A stretch of 64,000 bases of DNA from Basidiobolus meristosporus CBS 931.73. Lineage: Eukaryota; Fungi; Basidiobolomycota. Under the pieces are notes generated by a model that was given only the letters and a program-made list of their open reading frames with translations, made no database searches and was not told the origin of the DNA. The stretch's first letter is position 1. Each line of letters starts with the position of its first letter. Below, piece after piece: positions 52,336 through 63,465 of the stretch. A program made the translations under genes and the position numbers. The DNA lies in the NCBI GenBank assembly GCA_002104905.1, contig MCFE01000337.1:1-64000 (forward strand), read 5' to 3'.

Positions 52336-55300
52336 TTACCTGTAGTAACGTTGGTGAATGGGATCATCCTGAGGCAGATGGTGGTAACGGCCTGCTGGAG
52401 GCTTAGGTAATGGTCGACTGTAGGGTGTGTACATTGGCATTTGCATTGGTTGACTGGATTGAGGCATTGGTGGTGGGGGTTGTGGTCGAGCCATGGGTGT
52501 TGGTGTGGCATAAGGGTGAGGATTAGAAGAGTAAATGTTCGGGTTCATGTTGGGGGTAGAAGTCATCCTCGTAGCATTGGAGCGGGGATGATTTGGCATG
52601 TAGTGCATTGGGTCTGGGAACGTATCAGGGGAATCTCGAGCATAATCCGTAGTGAGTGGTGCAGGGTATGCCTGGGGCATGTATACATCAGGCATTGGAA
52701 TCCCTGCACCTGGGTCATACTGGGCCTGAAAGGGGTAGACAGCGTCAATCGCACCTGGGCGCTGAGTCTTTGGGGGAAGGGGTTTAGGTGGAGGAGTAGG
52801 CTTGGGCCTAGGAGGATGGTTGTATGACGAATTTGAGGCTACATTAGACGTGGTAAAAGAGCTTATCGAAGGGTAGTTCACTGGCTTTTTAGGCAGAGGT
52901 GGACGGTACTCCTCTGATCTTGTGCTGTTGTAAGCAGATCTGCTGCGGTTTTCGGGTGGCCGGTTCTGGTCTTCGTTGCCTCGATTCCCGCTAAAACTAG
53001 CGTAAACTCGCTGGTTTTCCAATCGAGGATGGACCGGTAATGGAGGTGGAGAGGGTGATGGTGATGGATATGATTCAACATGTTGAGGAATATGAATCGA
53101 GTTGAGGTTTCCTGGACGATTTTCGGTAGTCGCATTGCTTGTCACTGATGTCTTGTAGTCAGGACCATTTGAAGAACCCCCGCTTAGCATGGGGTCCGGA
53201 AGAGCACTACGTGGCCGGGGGCGTTGCGAGTGCCTAGTCAACACATTTGCACTACCCGATTCAGCAGAATGATTTCTACCTGAAAGATCCGATTGCGGAG
53301 GTCGGGGATTATTGGGCGTAACAATGGGTGGCGATTTCGAGGCTTCCCGAGAAACGAGCACCTGCTCTGGCTCCACTTCTCTAGACTTTGGAGAAACACC
53401 TCGAGACAATGAGGCAACACCCTGGCCGGATGATTTTGCATCCTTCACATTCTTTGGATCATGGGTGCCTTGAGCCGCACTCGTATCGATTGGTGTCGAT
53501 ATTGTCACTGGAGCTGTAGGTTTTCTATGCGACGTAGACTCGTCGTTGCTGCTGGGCTTAGAGATCGAGGCCACGCTTACGGTAGACTCCTCCGCAATAT
53601 GAGGTTGAGTTACAGCCGGTGGTGGGGCTTGTATCTTGGGGATTGAAGTTGATGAAGTAACGGGGTTAGGAGCTGCCCCTGCAGGAGGCTTGGATGTCTC
53701 CGACGCGCTTGGAATAGATACATCTCTTTTGCAGGTCGGGGTGGGAATCCGTTTGTTTTCGCTTAGGACTGATGGTGGAGGTGGAGATGGAGATGACTTG
53801 CGTACTACTGTTGGCTCAGGAGGGAAGGAGGATTCTGAATTCGCAGAGGATAGCGGTGCAGGTGACTGAGACTTAGGGATAACCAGTGACCTAGGGATTT
53901 GCACCGTTTGTGCGTTCGGGGACCAGGATAGGCGTTGTTCTGAGCTGATGCTGCTAACGCTGAGACTTCGCATGCCGGTAACAATCTCGCTCTGCTCCAC
54001 CTGGGTTTTCAGTGTTCGCAAAGAATCCAAAAAGCCCCATGGAGGCAGAACATGTGTGGAGCCAATGATCACCTCTCTGTTCAATTCTTTCGAGATTTCG
54101 TACACCGACCTCATCTCTGAATGGGTCATGCCGCCGATCATAAACAGGATGATCCGCCCCTTCTGGTTGACGCTCTCCCCTAAGGTGCCTTTCTTCCTCT
54201 TGGTCCATTTCGGGGCCTGATGACGAAATACCTGGGCATTGGCACCCTGCCCATTTGCTCCACCTCCGTGATGATTGCTGGTCATAATGGGGAACATGTC
54301 CGGTGGAAGGGTATTTTGAACAAGATTCTCCACGATTTGTTTGACCATTGGGACGTACCGAGCAATCATCAGGAAGTCCGTTGGTTCCTTGAAAGTTTTC
54401 AGCTTTTTGCTCAAGGTGCTTCCTTTCTTACTGCTCTTGTTCAGTTTCACGCCCAGCCGATCTAGGCTTTGGATCGCGGCACTATCCTTCTTGTTCAAGT
54501 CCAACTGCGCATGAAAATTGATCTCTTGCCAAGTTTCTTCGCGCAAGCCGTCCTTCGATAAGATGTAGAGGATCAAAATCCGCAACTTGTTGTCGGGACT
54601 GATCGACGGATCATCAAGGACAGGCACTATCTCGTCCACCATGTGCTTGGAGGCTTCGCCATTCTCACGCACGCCCGTAGCCAGATCCTAGCAAGTCAAG
54701 AAGATTAGATTTGGGTGAATCGGCTCGAGAGCGCTCCTTACCTGCTCCAACAGGGCAAGTCTCTCGATATCTAGCTTGGTAAATAGCTCCGTGCACTCCA
54801 GCGAAAGTGACATGTGCAGTGAACATTTCTCCTTGATATCCTGGTATTCCGGGAGTGAATACAAAGTCTCTCGAAGCTGCCGTAACTTGGCGCTTGCACT
54901 CATATCGGGATTGTTGACCATCTTCTTGTTCCCCAGCTTGGTGATTTTCGCGACCAGGCCTTGAACACACTGGTCAAAAGGGACGTGTCGGTACTCAACC
55001 CAGATAGGGTCATCCTCATTCAACGCCCCCTCCTTGTCGATTTCGGCGCCTTGGGCATCAATGTACTTGTAGGTGTAGGTAGCCTCTTCTGGCAAACACA
55101 TCAAATCGTGGACTATCGCTTGGTAAGTGACTTCATGCAGCAAGGGTGCCCGAAGATCTACCGTGCGATCCAGCACGAGCAAGGTGGCCCGGGGTTGACG
55201 AGGGTCGATGGTCTAATGGAAATGGTCAGCAGGAGCTTGATTTGTCGGCTGGCTGTCTCCCTCACCTGTAGGTATTGCTTTCCACGCTGCAGTGAATCAA

Positions 55301-56239
55301 ACTCCTCTTGCACCAGCTCGGCCAAGTCATAGGAAAGCTCGGTGGTGTTCAATTCCCCATCAGGCTTGTAATATTTAATGATCGGGTTTTCGCCCAGAGC
55401 CACATTCAACGACACAATCTAGGCAGCTTCGTTAATCCACCAGCTTCAGATCTTTGCTACCAGAGCATACGTACTTTCTTGGCCATGTCTTTGAGGATCA
55501 GGTGCCTGTTCTTAGTGGGAGTCGTGGAGTATAATTCGGATATGGCGTGTGGTGTTTTGGTCGTGAATACCTGTGCTTCAGGCACTGATTGGCAATGATG
55601 TTAGCGCGGGACGAGGGGCCTTTATGTGCACGAAGACCGTACCAAAGAAGTCCACAAAGTATTCTACAATATTCTGGATATACGAGGCCGCCGGTGACTG
55701 GGTTAAATACTGATACATATCATCACCAAGCTCTACATAGAAATCCAGTTACGATCTTGACTGGATTGTGTGTTCTCGAGATTGGTTACCTGTAGTGAAA
55801 TATAAATATGCTCCTCCGTAGAGAGGGCCAGCATGCAATTTACTGCCTTCTGTAAAATCCTTCACTAGGCATTCAATCGATTCCCAAGTTGGGGTAATGA
55901 GATATAAGACGTCGACCTCTGGAAATCCATTTCTGGGTAATTCTAGCTTCTCGTACACTATCCAAAGTTAAGGTTAGTAGCCAGATAGTACTGTCCCCAA
56001 TCGAACGGAGGCACCCACGTGACACTTCAGTTAGAAACAAATCCTTCTGCTCAACACACGCGTCTAAATAGGTCCTGGCAGCTTCATCCACAACCAAAAT
56101 GCGCCCCATCTTTGGAGCAGGCAATGAATTGACCATGTCAAGAAATCCTAATAGAAACAACAAACATTTAGCCCATCGACATCTTCCCTGTTGCGCGAGG
56201 AAGGAGTATTGTAGGAAAAGACTCACGCTGCCTGAGCAT
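52336..56239 (-). CDS. SEC1: Sec1/Munc18 family protein with a ~550-aa Pro/Ser-rich C-terminal extension
   Basis: Motifs RILVVDE, FPEVDVLYLITPT, LLVLDRTVDLRAPLLHEVTYQA, KCSLHMSL, KLRILILYIL, ARYVPMVK, RIILFMIGGMTHSEMRSVYE and EVIIGSTH. The start is approximate. Confidence 0.9.
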
Positions 56240-56789
56240 TCGGCGGATAGAAAAACCATGGTTGGTTTGTTCTAACATTTTTGAGCAAAGTTAAGTGAAA
56301 GAGTAGCAAACCAAGTCCAAGAGCAGTCGTCTTTATGTTCGATATGGTACTTCGGCGCGAATTTAATCTGGATTCTTGGCTTTGTTAGACAAATCAACCC
56401 ACATTCGAGACCTGGCGCTGGTAATCATATAGGATGTGCCAAACTTTATTTATTAGTAAACATGGAGTAGATTCTATTGGATCTGCAATCTTCAGATTCA
56501 TTTATATTGTCCTACTGTGTACGACGGCATACCATGAATGAATTAACTGCAATGGCTTGCTGATCGTGCTCATCTCCCTTGGTACCGGTTGCCATTATTT
56601 CGCTTTGTGTTAGGGGCTTTGTTCTGTGATTGATGGGTGGTGCCAACTCTCTACATCAAGATACTGTAACATTTATTTATTTACTTTGAAGAAATTGCTA
56701 TTTCTTGTCTTTTGTACTTGCAGAGTTCCCGCACAAACAAGAATACTTCATCCCAGCTTCATGGTGGTATGTGGCGACTGTTTAGTTTA

Positions 56790-57110
56790 TACCCAAATTA
56801 CTCATATATCCCAAGTTTGTATTTATCTTCTAGCAAAGTTGTGTTATTTACTTAGGATTCAGTTCGTAAGATATTAGCTGATTCTTTCAATTAGTGAGGT
56901 CCTGAAAGTTGTAAAATGCTCAAACTCATCCAAAAGGCCCCAATATTTGTACATCACTTCCTGAGACCCTTCTGACACCCTTATCATTAGTTTGTGACAT
57001 TCTTCCAAAAGTATAAATACTGCAATTGAACTCAATAAAGCAAGTGAGTATCATGCAATTCTTCTAGTTCTCTAAATCACTTTCAATACTTGTCAGAATA
57101 TTGAAATATG
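56790..57110 (+). mobile_element. Diverged solo-LTR relic in the SEC1-PTR2 intergenic region
   Basis: Aligns by eye with the LTR at ~2,010-2,240 (GTAAGATATT, TGAGAC, AAGTATAAATACTG...AACTCAATAAA, CTTCTA.TTCTC). Boundaries are uncertain. Confidence 0.55.
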
Positions 57111-57612
57111 GTAAACTTATCCACAATTTTACAAAGATAATAAATGAAATCAAGAAAGGAAGTTCATGTAAAAATGGGGGTTTTCTTTCGTTTGCAGTAA
57201 GCTTAGTTCCAATAACCGTTGGTGAAATTTCTAACAGCTTTTGCTAAACATCAACCACGCGTATAACAGTTGCATAACAACTAATTTGTGATGGATCCGT
57301 TATCCTTCGAAAATCAAATTCTATATTTTGTCCAGCGAAATATTGATCCCGGAAGAGCTTTGGCATTCAATACTATCCAAAATGAGATAAATTGATATCG
57401 CAATATTGGGCAACGGTTGAACTATAAGGAACAGTATATAATAACGCGATGTTTTGCTTAAAACTCGAAAATACAACGGCAAGGATCTTTCACATTAATA
57501 CTGTTAGGTTGCCCAAAGAAACATTCATGATTAATTAAAATGCTATTGCTTTTATTTTACATCCTATTTATACTAATGTTACAATCAGGAAAACACCTTC
57601 TGGCACTTCCTA

Positions 57613-59199
57613 TCAACACTCAATGGCATCAAACTTCCGGAAGATCCAGTAGAAGATGACAGTCATGACTCCCATCAGTCCGGTTTGGATGCCGAACACG
57701 TACACAAAGTTGGGGTCGTTGCTCCACACTGCAAGGATCAGGCCAATCAGACTGCCACCACAGTTGGTGAACAGGAAAAGAGAGGTCACCACCGACTTGA
57801 GCTCGGGGGCGGCTTGTCGGAAGGCGAACTCCAGGCCGGTGACTGAGGCGAAGATCTCGGAGATGGAGATTCCAATGAACGGGATCACTTGCCACCAGAT
57901 GGAGATGTCGTTGACTGGTTGCTCACCCTCGGGCAGGCCACTCAAATCGGTGAAGTTGTAGTAGGGGCCGGTCTTGTAGACCTGTGCTTGGAGAACGGTG
58001 ACATAGACAAAGGCAAGTGTGGCAATTGTGAACCCGATGGTGATGCGTGTGATGGGACCAAGACGGCAGCCCATTCTTCTCAGCAATGGGAAGATGGCCG
58101 TGTCAAAGATAGGGATGGCAACTACCAGGACAAGGCTGTTGACCAGGTTCAGCTGCTCGGGCCCACTGATGAACGATGGTCTTTGCATCGTCAGTCCCAT
58201 GTTGATGAAGTTGTCGGACATGTTGTAGTACAGAGCCCAGTAGAAGGGATAGAACAGGAACACCAAGCAGGCGCGCAGGGTTTTCTTGAGATCCTCGATG
58301 AACTGATCGTCCCACTCAAAGCCATCCACCTTGGCGTAGTCAAGCCAGTGCTCGATGGGCCCATTGGTCTTGGCATTGTCCAACGGGGTCTTGCGATGGG
58401 ACAGAGCATACTTGATGCAGGAGTAGGTCTTCGAGAGGACAGTGCCGGATGGAGGCTTGACATAGTACAGCTTTTTGGCGGACACGAAGATCACGAGGCC
58501 AATCACGAACATGATCGCTGGCAGCGAGTAGGCCAGGGGATAGGATCCGTAGTCGTTGGCAACGATGGGACAGATGAACTGGCCCAACAAGGCGCCACAG
58601 TTGATGGCCCAGTAGAAGAAGCGGAAGATGCGCTCAACGGTGAGCTGTGAGTCGGTGTAGACACCAGGGGTCTTGGTCGGGAAGATTCCTTCCTTGATCT
58701 GCTCAGCGGCAAAGGAGGAAACATTGGACTTGATGCCGCCGGTGCCGAAGGAGATGAAGACATACAGGGCAATCACGAAGCCGATCACACCGAAGCTTCC
58801 ATCCAGAGAGGTTGGGAGGGAGCTGACTGCCAGGAACACCAAGCCCACCATGTAGAAGAGGGAGAATATGACGATGGTCTTGAACTTTCCGATGTAGCGG
58901 TCAGCAACGACGGCACCAAGAATAGTGGTGCAATAGGCCAGAAACTGGAAGCCTCTGTTCACGGCGGTGGCAGTGCTCTTGTTGAAGCCAAGAACCTTGA
59001 GCATGTAGGGTTGGAACAGAAGCGAGGCACCGTAGAAGGCAAAGCGCTCGCACAGCTCGGTGATGATGATGAACCAGGCCGCGAGGGGGACCTTTCCAGC
59101 AACGCGTAGCTTGATGTCATCGGAGTTGGGAGGATCATCTTGTGCAGCATCGATGTGCTCCACTTGGGTAGACTTTTCGAAGGGCTTTTCTTCGCTCAT
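57613..59199 (-). CDS. PTR2: Proton-dependent oligopeptide transporter (POT/PTR family), copy A, intronless
   Basis: ELCERFAFYG (ExxER motif), GAVVADRYIGKF, GTGGIKSNVSSF, FYWAINCGAL, EIFASVTGLEFA and APELKS. The ORF extends to 59,232, but the ATG at 59,199 (MSEEK) is the more likely start. Confidence 0.96.
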   Translation of the reverse strand: MSEEKPFEKSTQVEHIDAAQDDPPNSDDIKLRVAGKVPLAAWFIIITELCERFAFYGASLLFQPYMLKVLGFNKSTATAVNRGFQFLAYCTTILGAVVADRYIGKFKTIVIFSLFYMVGLVFLAVSSLPTSLDGSFGVIGFVIALYVFISFGTGGIKSNVSSFAAEQIKEGIFPTKTPGVYTDSQLTVERIFRFFYWAINCGALLGQFICPIVANDYGSYPLAYSLPAIMFVIGLVIFVSAKKLYYVKPPSGTVLSKTYSCIKYALSHRKTPLDNAKTNGPIEHWLDYAKVDGFEWDDQFIEDLKKTLRACLVFLFYPFYWALYYNMSDNFINMGLTMQRPSFISGPEQLNLVNSLVLVVAIPIFDTAIFPLLRRMGCRLGPITRITIGFTIATLAFVYVTVLQAQVYKTGPYYNFTDLSGLPEGEQPVNDISIWWQVIPFIGISISEIFASVTGLEFAFRQAAPELKSVVTSLFLFTNCGGSLIGLILAVWSNDPNFVYVFGIQTGLMGVMTVIFYWIFRKFDAIEC

Positions 59200-59968
59200 A
59201 GTTGTTGTGGGGAATTTCTGAGGAAACAGCATGGAGGATGAGGCAGCTTTTATTAGTTGTCAGCCAAACTTAATTCAACCAAGTGACAGATTTGGCAAGA
59301 TTGACATATATAAATATAGCCACTTACGGAAAGAAGATTTTTTAGCTGTACGATTGACCATTAAACTTGATTGGGAAGTACATCCAGATATACACCAAAA
59401 TACGTGATTGCGATCAGCTGGTATTGTGGATAACTCTCTGCTATATGGAATGACAACAGGAGTGTTGATAGCCATTACCAAAGACAGACCATTGAAAATA
59501 GCCAGATATGGGTGGCCGTTGTGATAGTCGAATATTCTCCAGAGGCGAGCCTGATGATAGCAGGAAGCAATATTCGTCCTTATATATTCTATTTAGCATA
59601 TAGTATTTACGTGTTAGTGCACCAGAAGGGTTTGCTTTGCTCGTAAAGTTGAGTTTTATTGATTATCAGATGGTTCAATAGTAGAGTGTCAATATGAAGT
59701 TACCAATGTGCAGGAAATGGGAAAGTATGGCTCACTACACGACTGCTAATGCTCCAGAAGTTAAACAAACCATATATTTCAATGCATAATTCAACTCGAA
59801 ATGAAAAGTCACACAGTCAATAGATCGCTTTGCTCAATACCAATATCATTGGACAACTAGAGTTGTTCAACACTGAAATTGCGGAACGGTTTGATATGGT
59901 GATAGGATTAGAAATCTGCAATTAATTCTAATAAATCCGAAACTTTGCTGTTGTCCTTTACTCACAAC

Positions 59969-60433
59969 ATGCTGAGGGTCGAGAGAACAGACAGTAACGG
60001 TAAAGGCTTCAAACAATTGATAGCTGCCTTAGACGAGTATCTAGCCATCGCTGATGGACATTTAAGTGAGGAGGAGCGAAATGCCTATGTGGAGCTAAAT
60101 ACTATCGAATACATAGACACAGTAGTTATGGCATACGATGATGAGGAGCCCGTTGGCTGCGTCTGTTTCCGACCATATGATGCTCAAAAGGCCGAACTAA
60201 AAAGAATGTTTGTCGCCCCTGAAAAGAGGAAGTTGGGCGTTGCTTCGGCCGTAATCGCTGAATCGGAAAACTGGATCAAAGAATTAAACTTCAAGGAGAT
60301 TATACTGGAAACTGGCCAGAACATGCAAGCAGCAATCAACTTTTACACAAAGCAGGGATATGAACCTACTGACAGATATGGGGTATATGTTAATGCTCCG
60401 AACAGTGTTTGTATGAAGAAAGAGATTAAATAA
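59969..60433 (+). CDS. GNAT-family N-acetyltransferase, bacterial-type, intronless (154 aa)
   Basis: PVGCVCFRP, AELKRMFVAPEKRKLGVAS (acetyl-CoA binding motif A), LETG.....AINFY...GY and NSVCMKKEI. Confidence 0.9.
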   Translation: MLRVERTDSNGKGFKQLIAALDEYLAIADGHLSEEERNAYVELNTIEYIDTVVMAYDDEEPVGCVCFRPYDAQKAELKRMFVAPEKRKLGVASAVIAESENWIKELNFKEIILETGQNMQAAINFYTKQGYEPTDRYGVYVNAPNSVCMKKEIK

Positions 60434-61029
60434 AGGTTGTGATATACTGATCTACAAATATAAGCCCTTAAGCCCTGTTATCATGGTAGACGTATTTATT
60501 TCGCGTGTAAAAAACCTTTCGTAAGAAAGGAATCGTTGAATGTTTATGGGAATTAAGCAAGAACGATAGCATCTTTATGGTAAGTAAATAGGCGACCAAT
60601 ATCATGGAAATTATACCGAATTTTCGTGGTTCCTTATTACTGCTTATTTCTCGAGATTGCCATATTAGAGTTGTGGTCCTGGAATCAATTAATTCCTATA
60701 TTTTAGTTTTCTCTCTAGTAGACCAAAACCATCATTGGTTTTACAAAGCTCAGAGAATTTAACAAATAAACCACCCAATCGTGTTGAGCAACGCAGTGGA
60801 AAGTAGCTATTTATTAGAGGTATATGCTGAAATCTAATATACATATTTAATATATTGGCACTCAACTCTGCTACATACCTCTGAAATATTCAAAGCACAT
60901 CCCTGAAATTCTGAATGCCAGCGATATTACCAAGTAAACACTCACGAATAATTGAAACGCTATTGCTTTTATTTTACATCCTATGTATACTAATGTTACA
61001 ATCAGGAAAACACCTTCTGGCACTTCCTA

Positions 61030-62616
61030 TCAACACTCAATGGCATCAAACTTCCGGAAGATCCAGTAGAAGATGACAGTCATGACTCCCATCAGTCCGG
61101 TTTGGATGCCGAACACGTACACAAAGTTGGGGTCGTTGCTCCACACTGCAAGGATCAGGCCAATCAGACTGCCACCACAGTTGGTGAACAGGAAAAGAGA
61201 GGTCACCACCGACTTGAGCTCGGGGGCGGCTTGTCGGAAGGCAAACTCCAGACCGGTGACTGAGGCGAAGATCTCGGAGATGGAGATTCCAATGAACGGG
61301 ATCACTTGCCACCAGATGGAGATGTCGTTGACTGGTTGCTCACCCTCGGGCAGGCCACTCAAATCGGTGAAGTTGTAGTAGGGGCCGGTCTTGTAGACCT
61401 GTGCTTGGAGAACGGTGACATAGACAAAGGCAAGTGTGGCAATTGTGAACCCGATGGTGATGCGTGTGATGGGACCAAGACGGCAGCCCATTCTTCTCAG
61501 CAATGGGAAGATGGCCGTGTCAAAGATAGGGATGGCAACTACCAGGACAAGGCTGTTGACCAGGTTCAGCTGCTCGGGCCCACTGATGAACGATGGTCTT
61601 TGCATTGTCAGTCCCATGTTGATGAAGTTGTCGGACATGTTGTAGTACAGAGCCCAGTAGAAGGGATAGAACAGGAAGACCAAGCAAGCGCGCAGGGTTT
61701 TCTTGAGATCTTCGATGAACTGATCGTCCCACTCAAAGCCATCCACCTTGGCGTAGTCCAGCCAGTGCTCGATGGGCCCATTGGTCTTGGCATTGTCCAA
61801 CGGGGTCTTGCGATGGGACAGAGCATACTTGATGCAGGAGTAGGTCTTCGAGAGGACAGTGCCGGATGGAGGCTTGACATAGTACAGCTTTTTGGCGGAC
61901 ACGAAGATCACGAGGCCAATCACGAACATGATCGCTGGCAGCGAGTAGGCCAGGGGATAGGATCCGTAGTCGTTGGCAACGATGGGACAGATGAACTGGC
62001 CCAATAAGGCGCCACAGTTGATGGCCCAGTAGAAGAAGCGGAAGATGCGCTCAACGGTGAGCTGCGAGTCGGTGTAGACACCAGGGGTCTTGGTCGGGAA
62101 GATTCCTTCCTTGATCTGCTCAGCGGCAAAGGAGGAAACATTGGACTTGATGCCGCCGGTGCCGAAGGAGATGAAGACATACAGGGCAATCACGAAGCCG
62201 ATCACACCGAAGCTTCCATCCAGAGAGGTTGGGAGGGAGCTGACTGCCAGGAACACCAAGCCCACCATGTAGAAGAGGGAGAATATGACGATGGTCTTGA
62301 ACTTTCCGATGTAGCGGTCAGCAACGACGGCACCAAGAATAGTGGTGCAATAGGCCAGAAACTGGAAGCCTCTGTTCACGGCGGTGGCAGTGCTCTTGTT
62401 GAAGCCAAGAACCTTGAGCATGTAGGGTTGGAACAGAAGCGAGGCACCGTAGAAGGCAAAGCGCTCGCACAGCTCGGTGATGATGATGAACCAGGCCGCG
62501 AGGGGGACCTTTCCAGCAACGCGTAGCTTGATGTCATCGGAGTTGGGAGGATCATCTTGTGCAGCATCGATGTGCTCCACTTGGGTAGACTTTTCGAAGG
62601 GCTTTTCTTCGCTCAT
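61030..62616 (-). CDS. PTR2: Proton-dependent oligopeptide transporter (POT/PTR family), copy B, intronless
   Basis: The translated ORF is identical to copy A in the supplied track. Confidence 0.96.
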   Translation of the reverse strand: MSEEKPFEKSTQVEHIDAAQDDPPNSDDIKLRVAGKVPLAAWFIIITELCERFAFYGASLLFQPYMLKVLGFNKSTATAVNRGFQFLAYCTTILGAVVADRYIGKFKTIVIFSLFYMVGLVFLAVSSLPTSLDGSFGVIGFVIALYVFISFGTGGIKSNVSSFAAEQIKEGIFPTKTPGVYTDSQLTVERIFRFFYWAINCGALLGQFICPIVANDYGSYPLAYSLPAIMFVIGLVIFVSAKKLYYVKPPSGTVLSKTYSCIKYALSHRKTPLDNAKTNGPIEHWLDYAKVDGFEWDDQFIEDLKKTLRACLVFLFYPFYWALYYNMSDNFINMGLTMQRPSFISGPEQLNLVNSLVLVVAIPIFDTAIFPLLRRMGCRLGPITRITIGFTIATLAFVYVTVLQAQVYKTGPYYNFTDLSGLPEGEQPVNDISIWWQVIPFIGISISEIFASVTGLEFAFRQAAPELKSVVTSLFLFTNCGGSLIGLILAVWSNDPNFVYVFGIQTGLMGVMTVIFYWIFRKFDAIEC

Positions 62617-63465
62617 AGTTGTTGTGGGGAATTTCTGAGGAAACAGCATGGAGGATGAGGCAGCTTTTATTAGTTGTCAGCCAAGCTTAATTCAACCAAG
62701 TGACAGATTTGAGAATATTGACAGATAGGGATATAGCCAATTTAGGTAGTTGACCCACTGATTTATTTCAAGCAAAATCCAATCAATTATACTTAAATAG
62801 GTAGCTCTTTCAGAAGATAGTTAACCTGAATCAATTTTTAGTCATCTGTTTACTTATCAAGATTTGCCAATCATTTAACCTTTTATGTACTGAGCATTTG
62901 CCTAGAGTAATTATCGGTTTGAGATCTTGGCCATATTCCAATCCTGACCCCTAACCCCATCCAAATACAGATAACAACCAATCATGCCCTCTAGGCAACG
63001 ACATCGGAAAGCTTTGATAGTTGTTTTGTAAGCACACGGGGCAAGGCCAAATTAGCAGCAATATTACCCAGCAGCTTGGCCATGGAGCTTATTGTAAGTA
63101 ATTGGTGGTACTTCAAATCCAGTGATTTCTATTCTAATTTTATAACTAAAGGCTAATTGACTGCTACTCTAAAGATATAAAAGTCACTCTCTCACTACAT
63201 ATGTAGCTTAACCATATTGTACATCTCTCCAAGCTTGGTCGGAAGGATAAGTGCATTATCAATTAATCAGTGAATGTAACATCCACTCCCATATGCTCGG
63301 AATTAATTGCTTATTATGTGGAGGGAAATTCTCTTCTGGAATAGCACGCGGCATTATTACTTTGTTGGGCTGGCTGCTTCCCCTGCATTTTCGTATCACT
63401 CCGAGCCCTTTATATTTGGCGGCCTTCGTTCTTCAGGCGGTAAGTACGGCACTATTGGAGCAACT

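Larger units (their letters stand above)
57540..62740. repeat. Direct duplication of a ~1.78-kb unit (~57,540-59,320 and ~60,957-62,740), offset 3,417 bp
   Basis: Near-identity covers the PTR2 CDS, ~70 bp downstream and ~90-120 bp upstream, then ends abruptly. Confidence 0.95.

Noticed and set aside
57889-58650. 253-aa plus-strand ORF (and its twin at 61,306-62,007)
   Set aside because: It is the antisense shadow of PTR2. Substitutions between the copies are silent in PTR2 but change or truncate this frame.
62945-62960. CCCTAACCCC telomere-like motif
   Set aside because: Single unit only; expected by chance.
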